Of a stretch of DNA of 64,000 nucleotides, positions 51,402 to 60,049 are shown in pieces. The translations under genes were made by a program, and so were the position numbers. The notes under the pieces are model-generated. The model did not search any database, was not told the origin of the DNA, and saw only the letters and a list, made by a program, of their open reading frames with translations. The stretch is from the NCBI GenBank assembly GCA_038040175.1, contig JBBPIT010000012.1, positions 443 through 64,442 of the forward strand, read 5' to 3'. The stretch comes from Pseudomonadota bacterium. GTDB taxonomy: Bacteria > Pseudomonadota > Gammaproteobacteria > Burkholderiales > JACQAP01. How positions within the stretch are numbered: position 1 is the first letter of the stretch; the number at the start of each line of letters is the position of its first letter.

Positions 51402-52172
51402 GTGAAGGAAACATTTGAGCGGAAACCCGACCTCCCTCCTTTTCGGATAGACCTCGCCGATCTCGAAGTGCTGTGCGAGAAGATTCGGAAGCAATTTCCC
51501 GAGAAGCATGATCTCGACATCTACCTAAAGATCGGCACTCGGTCCCTTCACGCCTATAGCCTAAAAGAATTACGCACCGCGCCGGAGTTACCAAAAACCG
51601 TGTATCACTTCTATATACGGTTGCACTCGTGGGAACCGCCACGCAACTGCACGATATACGCATACCAGCAGCAATTCGGACATCCATGGGTCCTCGTAGA
51701 GGGGGACGATGAAACGTGGTGCGCAGGGATGGTTGATTTGGTCCAAACGTTCACACGAAACCACCGACGCTGGTACAGCACGTTGCGCGGATGGCCCCTG
51801 TTGACTGTGGCGTTCTTTTCCCCGGCCGTGCTTGGCATTCTCGAATGGACGGGAACAATCTCTAAATCCGCGTACCTCGCGAGCATGGCGCCGTGGGGCA
51901 TGTTTCTGTTCCTGTGGTTCGCCCGCCCGTATCTTTTACCGGCGGGTACGCTCGTGATAAGGCGGGAAGACAGCTTTTGGAAGCGCCACGTCCTTGAATT
52001 AACCCTTTGGGTCACGATCATTTCCCTTGTCGTAATGAGCGCCCAATTTGTCATTACACTCAAGAGCGAACCAATATCTCTGCAAAACCCTCAAGCACAG
52101 CCGATAACCCCTGTTCCTGCAGATGCAGTGCGTCCACCTTCGAAAGCGCCGGCCTCAGAGTCAGCGAGTTGA
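51402..52172 (+). CDS. Hypothetical membrane protein (soluble N-domain, about 3 C-terminal TM segments)
   Basis: Open frame with hydrophobic segments; start uncertain. Confidence 0.6.
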   Translation: MKETFERKPDLPPFRIDLADLEVLCEKIRKQFPEKHDLDIYLKIGTRSLHAYSLKELRTAPELPKTVYHFYIRLHSWEPPRNCTIYAYQQQFGHPWVLVEGDDETWCAGMVDLVQTFTRNHRRWYSTLRGWPLLTVAFFSPAVLGILEWTGTISKSAYLASMAPWGMFLFLWFARPYLLPAGTLVIRREDSFWKRHVLELTLWVTIISLVVMSAQFVITLKSEPISLQNPQAQPITPVPADAVRPPSKAPASESAS

Positions 52173-52208
52173 AATTCGCGCCGCCCGCTCAGGATCAACG
52201 CCGGCTAG

Positions 52209-52259
52209 GGTTGCGTGCCCGGCCAGTCGCCGGCACCGGGCCAGATGCCCGGGGCGCCG
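52209..52259 (+). repeat. 51-bp direct repeat, copy A (double hairpin)
   Basis: About 90% identical to 53382-53433. Confidence 0.85.
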
Positions 52260-52262
52260 CGC

Positions 52263-52586
52263 TCATGGTTGCCCTTTCTGCGCGTCGCGCTCTTCCGTAA
52301 CGAGCCATTCTTGCAAGACATACACCCAGCCGCGCGCAGTCTCAAGCTCTTCGAGTCCACGAAGTAGAAACCCGGCATGCCCTATCGCGAGCATGCGGGG
52401 CTCGATTATGGGCTTCAACAGATCGCCCTTCGGAACGTGTAACGATGCCATGCGCCGCATAGGGCCGCCCGTCTCCCGTGGGCATTCGTAGGTAGTTAGC
52501 TCGCCCACCAAGGCCGCTTTTGCCTCTATCTCATTGTCCGATAAAAGCCTTCCACGGTCGTACTTGGATACCACGGCGAAGTGCAT
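52263..52586 (-). CDS. Small hypothetical protein with upstream LexA box
   Basis: 107-aa ORF (PIIEPRML..GFLLRGLE..QEWLV); SOS box 6 bp upstream. Confidence 0.7.
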   Translation of the reverse strand: MHFAVVSKYDRGRLLSDNEIEAKAALVGELTTYECPRETGGPMRRMASLHVPKGDLLKPIIEPRMLAIGHAGFLLRGLEELETARGWVYVLQEWLVTEERDAQKGQP

Positions 52587-52590
52587 GGGG

Positions 52591-52610
52591 TACTGGATAT
52601 AAAGACAGTC
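52591..52610. promoter_or_regulatory. LexA (SOS) box
   Basis: TACTGGATATAAAGACAGTC = CTG-N10-CAG with AT-rich core, the beta/gammaproteobacterial consensus. Confidence 0.75.
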
Positions 52611-52680
52611 GTACGCTCATACTAGCCGCAATCCCGAAACACTGACAAGATGCCCAAGTAGGCTTGACTTTCAAAACCGA

Positions 52681-53382
52681 GTGCGCAACTCTGCGGACGT
52701 GAGTACCCGCAAGAAAATCCGTGATGCGGCGACACTAGCGATATTCTTTCCGGTCCTCGTTGGTATGGTGCTGGCGCCGTTGTCCGCACAGGGGCACGGG
52801 GGCGGGTTGGACAAGTACGGCTGTCATCACAACCGAAAGATCGGGGAGTATCACTGCCACCGCGCCGGGGCCGCGCTACCGCCACACGGCAGAGAGCGCG
52901 AAGCACCCGCGCCGCAAACACTGCTGCAAGACTCCACCGTGCGGGCGGACACGCTTACCGATCGCGGCACACTCAATCCCAACGTGACACAAGCGACCAT
53001 CACGCAGACTATTTGTGTCCCCGGCTACACCAAGAGCGTGCGCCCGGCCACCAGCTACACAAACGGCGTCAAGCGAATCCTCATGCAGCGCGCAGGAATT
53101 AACCCCGCGGTCGCCTCGTACTACGAGCTAGACCATATCATCCCGCTTGCGCTCGGCGGACACCCGCGCAAGCTCGATAACCTTGAGCTTCAAATTTGGG
53201 AAGGCGAGAACGGCGCGAAGAGAAAAGACAGAATAGAAGTGAAGCTACAGTGCCTCGTGTGCTCGGGGCAAGTGAAACTAGCGACGGCGCAGCGGGAAAT
53301 TCTCGACAACTGGCAAGCTGCCTATCACAAGTACGCGCGGGTGAAGTGTCACCGTCAGAAGGCCGCGCCGAATCGTCGATAG
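52681..53382 (+). CDS. Exported YHYH-type + HNH-like domain protein
   Basis: Signal-like segment, HGGGLDKYGCHHNRKIGEYHCH, YELDHIIPLALGG..DNL, KDRIE...VCSG; start uncertain. Confidence 0.75.
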   Translation: MRNSADVSTRKKIRDAATLAIFFPVLVGMVLAPLSAQGHGGGLDKYGCHHNRKIGEYHCHRAGAALPPHGREREAPAPQTLLQDSTVRADTLTDRGTLNPNVTQATITQTICVPGYTKSVRPATSYTNGVKRILMQRAGINPAVASYYELDHIIPLALGGHPRKLDNLELQIWEGENGAKRKDRIEVKLQCLVCSGQVKLATAQREILDNWQAAYHKYARVKCHRQKAAPNRR

Positions 53383-53433
53383 GTTGCGTACTCGGCCAGT
53401 CGCCGGCATGCGGGCCAGATGCCCGGGGCGCCG
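53382..53433 (+). repeat. 52-bp direct repeat, copy B (double hairpin)
   Basis: GGTTGCGTACTCGGCCAGTCGCCGGCATGCGGGCCAGATGCCCGGGGCGCCG. Confidence 0.85.
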
Positions 53434-53708
53434 GGTCGTCCACCTTTTCCCGCAACAAATTTTTTTGCCGCTGCCAAGAATCGTCGCGTCAGTAATCGCG
53501 TCGCCGCACTGCTGGTTTGCTGCCGCATTTCGTCACTTCGCGCGCACGGAAGCGCCGGGGAACCATTCGATTCGACAGGCTAGGCTTTCAAAACCACTTG
53601 AAGCGGCATCCCGGTGTCACTAGAATTAGTCCTACCCGCATAACCGAGTCACCAAATATGGTGGTTCTGGTCGTCGGGGCGTTGGTGGCTCGATTTGGGG
53701 ACGGCTGA

Positions 53709-56708
53709 ATGGCGAATTCTGAAATCTCGATCAATGACAAAATTGCGGACGTGTTCCGCGCGATTAACACCGATTGGCGCTTATACGATCAGGTTTCAAG
53801 TGAAAACACACACGGCCTCTTGAAGAAGAAGGCGTTGCGCCCGGACATCCTCATCATCGAACCGGGCGTTCCCCCGATCTGCCTAGAAACTGAATACGAG
53901 CCCGGCATGACGGTCGAGGCCGATGCTGCCAGTCGCCTCGGGGAAGTAGCAGTGAAGTCCGGGGGCACGATCCAGGCTGCTTTCGCGATAAAAATTCCCG
54001 ATAGGTTCAAGTTACTTCCGGCGCCGAAGCTGCTGACAGAACTACGAAAGGCGCAAGACTTCCAGTATTGCGTTCTCTCCGGCACCTCTCCCACGGACTA
54101 CGTGCGCTGGCCGGCAAGCGGGTATGTGCAAGGCTCTTTGGAACATCTGTTTGTTGCTTTGCAGGGGGCCGCCACTCCGCAAAGCGCAATTCAGAAAGGC
54201 GCCGATGCCTTGGAAGAGGGGGCTTCAGAAATCGCCGCCATCATCGATTCCATGGCGCACTCGCACCCGGGTCTGATTACTAAGATTTCCGCTGCCCTTA
54301 AGCAGGAGGGCAATCTACAAACTTTTCGAATGGCGGCCACAATTTTGATAAACGCGTTTTTATTTCAGGAGAACCTCGCCGGGCGCTCCGGGGGCCTTGA
54401 AGACGTAAGAAGTCTGGAAGAACTGGCAAACGATAGCGGAATGACGAAGATGGATGTCATTGCCGAATGGACAACAATTCTCAAAATAAACTACTGGCCA
54501 ATTTTCGGAATCGCGAGAAGTCTTCTGCAAGCCGTTCCTACTAACGTAGCAGCGGAAATACTCCAGAAGATGCATAACACAGCATCAGTGTTGCTCACCC
54601 TCGATCTCGGCAAAAGCTCCGATTTGTCAGGCGTCATTTTTCAGCGCTTGATTACGGATCGGCGTTTTTTAGCGACCTTCTACACCATGCCCGCGTCAGC
54701 GGCGCTTCTCAATGGCCTCGTGTTCAACAAGGTGGCATTAAACGGTAAACCTTGGTCCGACCCTTCTGTTACTAAACTGCGCATTGCAGATTTTGCCTGT
54801 GGGACAGGCTCTCTCCTCTGTGGTGCGTACAACGAAATCCGTAGACATCTTGAAATCAGCGGTATTTCTGCTCGCAACTTTCACGCTGCTTTCATTGAGT
54901 CTAGCCTGGTTGGTTGCGACGTAATGCCGTCTGCAACGCACATTACCGCATCTATGCTTTCCTCAGCGTTTCCAGAACAGCGCTACAAGCACACGAATAT
55001 CTTAACCCTGCCATTCGGAAGACAAACGGACGGGTCGGTTAGCCTCGGGGCGATTGAATTCCTTTCGACTCAAGGTGCGTTGTCAATCATTGAGACCGGC
55101 GCTTTGGGAATTGGAGCCAGTGGAGAAGCTAGCGCCGACCCTTGGGCGGTTATTGGGGGAACGGAGATAGCAGACGGAAGCTTTGATCTAGTCATTATGA
55201 ATCCGCCATTCACGCGCCTCACCGGAGGTGGCGGGAAAACGAATGAAATTCCTCTGCCGATGTTCGCCGCTTTCGGGAATCAAAAGGATGAGCAAGAGTT
55301 AATGTCGGCGCGGACGAAAAAGCTGACGGTCGGTTCGTGCGCACATGGGAACGCAGGCGAGGCGAGCATTTTTGTCCAGGTAGCTCATAACAAGGTACGG
55401 CACGGCGGTTCTCTCGCATTGGTACTACCGCTCACGTTTTTATCCGGCGCCGCTTGGGAAGACTGCAGGGAGCTGATCCGTAAAAATTACAGGGACATCG
55501 TCGTCGTAACCCTCGCAACCTCAAATAAGGGGGACTTTGCGTTTTCTGCTGACACAGGTGTCGGAGAATGCCTGTTGGTTGCGCGGCGAACTGAGAAGCC
55601 CGCGAAACATAAGCTCCCGCCGCCGGCAGAGCGGCTGACGAGCGTAAGTCTTAGAAGTAGGCCTTCGACGCCATTTGAAGGGACAGAAGTTGCACGACTT
55701 ATCCGCGACGCCGTCCAGACTGGGAACGTTGCCGGGCTTGAAGGCGGTCCGCTTGGTGGCACTCCGCTTGCCTTGGGTACTGTGCATATCGGCGAGATAC
55801 TGTCGGGCCCCTTAAGCGAAAAGGATCAATGGCCTCTTTTCCGAATTGCAGACCATTCTGTGGCACAAGTTGCCTATCAGCTTGTATCGCAGCAAAAGCT
55901 CTGGCTACCTGGGATGGCTACAAAGGCCGTGCAACAAATCAAGCTTAGTAGACTGGAAGAACTCGGCGAAGTTGGTCCGTATCACCTAGATATTACTGGC
56001 TCTACTATTTCGGGAGGCGCGCCGCGAGGACCGTTTGAAATCAAGCCTGTTCCTCCCGGCCACGCGCCTACGTATCCAGTTCTCTCTAGTCACGATGCTA
56101 CGCAGGAACGAACACTGGAAATTGTCCATGACGGCGAGGCGGTCCCGCGAGTGGGAAAAACTAGCACAGTGATTGAGGTGCTAAAAACGCGCAGAGAGAA
56201 AATCTGGGAAACGAGATCGCGGTTGCACGTCAACACGGATTTTCAATTCAACTCCCAAAGTCTGACATTCAGTCTGACGCCGGACCCTTCCTTGGGAGGT
56301 CGAGCATGGCCGACGTTCAAGATGAAGGACGCCGCTTACGACATTATCGCTTCGCTTTGGGCCAATTCAACACTCGGACTGCTGACCTATTGGTGGAGTG
56401 CTAACAAGGCGCAGGATGGGCGTGGGTCAATCACCACTACACAGATTTCGAAGTTCTACATTCTCGACCCTCGCAAACTCACTTCCGGGACACGGAAAAG
56501 CGCGGACAAGTTCTATACCTTCATCAAGGCCAAGCCGCTCCTGCCTGCGCATCAGCTAGCTAGCGACCCGGTGCGCGCGCAAATTGACGAATTTGTTCTA
56601 AAAGAGCTGCTGAAAGTTGACGCCGTAAATCTGGCACCGTTCACTATGATGATGGCGACGCTTCGTAAAAAACTCGGATCTGAGCCATCATTCAACGGCG
56701 GGAGGTGA
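53709..56708 (+). CDS. Single-chain restriction-modification enzyme (Type IIG-like: nuclease + N6-adenine MTase + TRD)
   Basis: N-terminal RPDILI..LETE, FYT.P, motif I ADFACGTGSLL, motif IV VIMNPPF; lower GC. Confidence 0.82.
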   Translation: MANSEISINDKIADVFRAINTDWRLYDQVSSENTHGLLKKKALRPDILIIEPGVPPICLETEYEPGMTVEADAASRLGEVAVKSGGTIQAAFAIKIPDRFKLLPAPKLLTELRKAQDFQYCVLSGTSPTDYVRWPASGYVQGSLEHLFVALQGAATPQSAIQKGADALEEGASEIAAIIDSMAHSHPGLITKISAALKQEGNLQTFRMAATILINAFLFQENLAGRSGGLEDVRSLEELANDSGMTKMDVIAEWTTILKINYWPIFGIARSLLQAVPTNVAAEILQKMHNTASVLLTLDLGKSSDLSGVIFQRLITDRRFLATFYTMPASAALLNGLVFNKVALNGKPWSDPSVTKLRIADFACGTGSLLCGAYNEIRRHLEISGISARNFHAAFIESSLVGCDVMPSATHITASMLSSAFPEQRYKHTNILTLPFGRQTDGSVSLGAIEFLSTQGALSIIETGALGIGASGEASADPWAVIGGTEIADGSFDLVIMNPPFTRLTGGGGKTNEIPLPMFAAFGNQKDEQELMSARTKKLTVGSCAHGNAGEASIFVQVAHNKVRHGGSLALVLPLTFLSGAAWEDCRELIRKNYRDIVVVTLATSNKGDFAFSADTGVGECLLVARRTEKPAKHKLPPPAERLTSVSLRSRPSTPFEGTEVARLIRDAVQTGNVAGLEGGPLGGTPLALGTVHIGEILSGPLSEKDQWPLFRIADHSVAQVAYQLVSQQKLWLPGMATKAVQQIKLSRLEELGEVGPYHLDITGSTISGGAPRGPFEIKPVPPGHAPTYPVLSSHDATQERTLEIVHDGEAVPRVGKTSTVIEVLKTRREKIWETRSRLHVNTDFQFNSQSLTFSLTPDPSLGGRAWPTFKMKDAAYDIIASLWANSTLGLLTYWWSANKAQDGRGSITTTQISKFYILDPRKLTSGTRKSADKFYTFIKAKPLLPAHQLASDPVRAQIDEFVLKELLKVDAVNLAPFTMMMATLRKKLGSEPSFNGGR

Positions 56709-56786
56709 AAGCGGTCTGCTCAGCTATTATTGGGAGAATCGCGCGTCCCGCGTTTGTACGCAACAAAGGGGGCAGGAGAAAAGCAA

Positions 56787-57061
56787 AGGGTCAGCCCTAT
56801 ACTTTATAGCTGATCGGGCGTAGCCTCACGCAATGACCCGACCGCTACGTTTGGAGTTTGCCGGGGCGCGTTACCACCTCACCGCCCATGGCGACCGCCA
56901 AGAGCCGCTCTTCAAGACGAGCGAGCGGTCATACAGTTGCTATGACTTGGCTTATCGCAATTGCCCGCCCACCGGGCAGATTTGTGTTGAGATCGAGTCC
57001 GCTTCTCTCCGCGGAACGCTGGGGAAGGTCGTCGAAAGCTATAAAGTATAGGCCAGACCCC
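56787..57061 (+). mobile_element. Internally deleted RAYT element (MITE-like)
   Basis: IRs 56787-56809 and 57039-57061; begins MTRPLRLEFAGARYHLTAHGDRQEPLF like the full gene at 58609. Confidence 0.9.
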
Positions 57062-57070
57062 TTGAGTCAC

Positions 57071-57343
57071 TTCGACACCACCGGCTTCGATCGCCGTCTG
57101 ATACCGGTAGAAGGTGTCGCGTGACAGACCCATGATCTTGCAGCCCCTCGACACGTTGCCCAGTTCCTGCGCCAGGTTCAACAACCCCAGTTTGTTCTTG
57201 ATGATGCGTGCGCTACCATGTTCCACGGCAGGGTTCCCTTTCCAATTCGTTGGGTTTCGATAGTTGGCTTCGCAACCTCTATCAAAACGGGAAATCCTGC
57301 CCTTTGCAACTCGGCAGTGTCAGATCAGATCGGAACTACTACA
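57071..57343 (-). mobile_element. IS481 family remnant (left end + transposase N-terminus)
   Basis: Terminal TGTAGTAGTT..., IIKNKLGLLNLAQELGNVSRGCKIMGLSRDTFYRY. Confidence 0.85.
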
Positions 57344-57608
57344 GATTAAGGCAGGCGCTAAGGGCGTCCAAGTCCCTAGCCCAGCTCTTCAGATCCTGTA
57401 ACGTGACGGGTTCAGGAACAGGCTTGAGCTTATCGTTGTCTCTCAAGTATTAGAGAAGCATGTCGTTTCGCTTTGGTGGTCGGTAGCCCCAAGTTCGCCT
57501 CCGTCGCCAGAAGCGAAAGCCCCTCCCACATGATGTCAGAGGGGCTCTTGTGGCTAGGCGTGTCGAGTCAAACTCCCGTAAAGGCCAATCGACTCGAGCA
57601 CGACACCC

Positions 57609-58094
57609 CTACTGTTTCTCCAACACTGCAACGTTGTTGATCGGCCGCCCCTGGGCATCGGTCCCCTTGTAGGTGACCGTCACTGTCTTGCCATCGCTCG
57701 AGACCTTCCTCGTCAGGGTCTGCACGACCTTTCCGCCCTTCTTGTCGGTCCGCTCGGTCGTGTTGGCATCGAGGCGCTTCAGCGACACGGTGTCAGCCAT
57801 CCGTGAACCGGTAATCGGATGGTCCTTGCCGTCGTACTGCGCCGTGTACTCGACGCGGATAGGCGTGTCGTCACCGCGTACCCCGTCGGCCGTGAGTTTT
57901 TCTCTCTCTCCCGCTGCCTCGATTTTTACGGTGAGACTCTTTGGCGCCGGACCGGGGCTGTACGTCGATTTCGCCACATTGAGTTTCCACGTGCCGGCCA
58001 TCGGGTCGGCGGCCTGTGCCGGCCCCTGGTTACCCAAGAGAATCAACCCTACCATCACGGTTGCGAGAGTTAGTCGTCGTGCGAATGCCTGCAT
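57609..58094 (-). CDS. Secreted beta-rich (lipocalin-like) hypothetical protein
   Basis: SD AAGGAG, signal peptide, AGTWKLNVAKS, YDGKDHP, VSSDGKTVTV. Confidence 0.75.
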   Translation of the reverse strand: MQAFARRLTLATVMVGLILLGNQGPAQAADPMAGTWKLNVAKSTYSPGPAPKSLTVKIEAAGEREKLTADGVRGDDTPIRVEYTAQYDGKDHPITGSRMADTVSLKRLDANTTERTDKKGGKVVQTLTRKVSSDGKTVTVTYKGTDAQGRPINNVAVLEKQ

Positions 58095-58439
58095 TGGGTT
58101 CTCCTTTGTTGATCGCTGTTGGTTATGGTGGCCTGCAAAGTCTACTCTCCGGCCTTGAACGACCCGACCCAGCGGGCTATTCACAACTAGCTGCTGAGTC
58201 CGCTACGGTGCCATTCCGAAGAAGGCGTTTCAAGTGAGTTGCAGCTTTCAGTAGAACAAGCCTAAAGACAATCCCCGTCGCAAAAGTAAGCGACAAACGG
58301 TTCGAGAGTCTCATCATTATATTAATTATTAGATCTCCTTGGGCGCCGTAGTAAATAAATAGGGATCTAAAACGCCCCTTTTCGCCGACGATCAATCTAT
58401 CGCTGAGCCGGCGAAAAGTCAATTGCCATCAATCGCACA

Positions 58440-58550
58440 CATGGGTTGACCTTCACCGACGACCATGAGATTGAATCAGCCGTGCGCCACTACGTTCCGT
58501 TCTACAACGGCACTCGGCTACACTCATCGCTTAACTACGTACCGCCAGCG
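58440..58550 (+). pseudogene. IS3 family integrase C-terminal fragment
   Basis: F.....ESAVRHYVPFYNGTRLHSSLNYVPP. Confidence 0.7.
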
Positions 58551-58562
58551 AAGAGCAGCAAA

Positions 58563-59552
58563 AGGGTCAGGCCTATACTTTATAGCCGATCGGGCGTAGC
58601 CTTAAGGAATGACCCGACCGCTACGTCTGGAGTTTGCCGGGGCACTCTACCACCTCACCGCCCGGGGTGATCGCCAGCAGCCGCTCTTCGAGGACGACGA
58701 CGATCGGCTCGTCTTCCTCGATTTGCTCGCCAAGGAAGTCCTCCAGCAAGGCTGGGTGCTCTACGCCTTCTGCCTGATGGGCAATCACTATCATCTGTTG
58801 CTCGAAACCCCCGAGCCCAATCTGGTCCAGGGCATGCGCCGTCTCAACGGGGTCTATACCCAGGCCTTCAACCGCCGCCACAATCGGGTGGGCCCCGTGC
58901 TGCAGGGCCGCTACCAGTCGATCCTGGTCGACAAGGACACCTATCTCCGGGAGCTGTGCCGCCATGTGGTCTTGAACCCGGTGCGCGCCCGGATGGTGGC
59001 CGCGGTGGAGCACTGGCATTGGAGCAGCTACCTTCCCACCGCAGGCAGGATGCCCTGCCCGCCCTGGTTAGACGCCCCTGCCGTGCTCGGCTGGTTCGGT
59101 GAAGGCGCGGCCGCGCGCAGGGCCTACGAGCGCTTCGTGGCCCAGGGGCTCAAACAGCCCTCTCCCTGGGAGACGCTCAAGGGCCAGGTCTATCTTGGGT
59201 CGGAGGCGTTCCACGCCCAGATGAAGAAGCGTCTATCGGGGAAAACCCCAAAGGGCGTCTCGCGAGGCCAGCTCAACCCGGTACGGCGTAGCGCGCAGGC
59301 GGTGCTGCGCACCGTGGCGGACGCCTACGGCATCAAGCCGGCCGCGGCGCTAGCGCGTCACAGTGGACCCGCGTTCAAGCAGACGGTCTATCTGTTGCGC
59401 CGGCGGGCCAATCTGAGTCTGCGGGAAGTCGCCGCGATGGCGGGGGTGACGATCGGACGGGTGGCGCAGATCCAGAGTGAGATCGAATCGCTCCCGACCG
59501 ATAAGAAACTGGAACGGATCGTCGCCAGACTATAAAGTATAGGCCTGACCCC
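58563..59552 (+). mobile_element. Complete RAYT-like element with 23-bp terminal inverted repeats
   Basis: AGGGTCAGGCCTATACTTTATAG (58563-58585) and CTATAAAGTATAGGCCTGACCCC (59530-59552). Confidence 0.88.
58609..59535 (+). CDS. HUH/Y1 tyrosine transposase (IS200/RAYT superfamily) with C-terminal HTH
   Basis: GALYHLTARG, AFCLMGNHYHLL (HUH), GRYQS, NPVRA, WSSY; usual Tyr before NPVRA reads His here (RHVVLNP). Confidence 0.9.
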   Translation: MTRPLRLEFAGALYHLTARGDRQQPLFEDDDDRLVFLDLLAKEVLQQGWVLYAFCLMGNHYHLLLETPEPNLVQGMRRLNGVYTQAFNRRHNRVGPVLQGRYQSILVDKDTYLRELCRHVVLNPVRARMVAAVEHWHWSSYLPTAGRMPCPPWLDAPAVLGWFGEGAAARRAYERFVAQGLKQPSPWETLKGQVYLGSEAFHAQMKKRLSGKTPKGVSRGQLNPVRRSAQAVLRTVADAYGIKPAAALARHSGPAFKQTVYLLRRRANLSLREVAAMAGVTIGRVAQIQSEIESLPTDKKLERIVARL

Positions 59553-59669
59553 ATGCATGTATGACCCCATGCATGCATGATGGGAACGAGATTGCACAGC
59601 TCGCCGTCCGTAATGGCTTTAGATAAATCTGTCCCTCTTTTCGGTATTGCAATTACAGAGGACTCTCGC

Positions 59670-60041
59670 CTACTGAATGTTCCCGCGTCCGTTGCCCCGG
59701 TATACAAAGTTTGGCTGAACGGCCTTGATCTGCGCGTTCAGCCCGCGCAGCTCCTCCATCTTGGCTGGTCCCGGATCCTCAGTGAGTGTTACGAGGAAGA
59801 GGTTGCGCCCCAGACCCTGAGTGCCCTTGATCCCGAAACGCCCGTAGAGGTCGGCGATGGCCTTAACATCGGCTCCCGCGGCGAGCGTAACGAGATACTC
59901 CCCAGGCACCCGGGTCTGACGCGACGAAAAGTCCATAGGCGTCGGCGCAGGGTCGCGCGGCGTCTGGCTGCAGGCAGACCCCGCGGCCAGACCCGTCATG
60001 GCCAGCACAAGTCCGATGCACCGCCGCCCCCCGCATTGCAT
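59670..60041 (-). CDS. Lipoprotein consisting of a subtilase-propeptide-like domain
   Basis: SD GGAGG, lipobox-like GSAC, VPGEYLVTL...AVQPNFVY parallels VPGEVLVKF...YVQPNYIY of the adjacent protease. Confidence 0.7.
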   Translation of the reverse strand: MQCGGRRCIGLVLAMTGLAAGSACSQTPRDPAPTPMDFSSRQTRVPGEYLVTLAAGADVKAIADLYGRFGIKGTQGLGRNLFLVTLTEDPGPAKMEELRGLNAQIKAVQPNFVYRGNGRGNIQ

Positions 60042-60049
60042 GCCGCCTC

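Noticed and set aside
52209-53433. Direct repeats as integron attC sites
   Set aside because: No RYYYAAC/GTTRRRY core pair, no single long hairpin and no IntI gene in the window
59549-59580. CCCCATGCATG duplication beside the RAYT right end as a target-site duplication
   Set aside because: Both copies are on the same side of the element; it looks like local slippage
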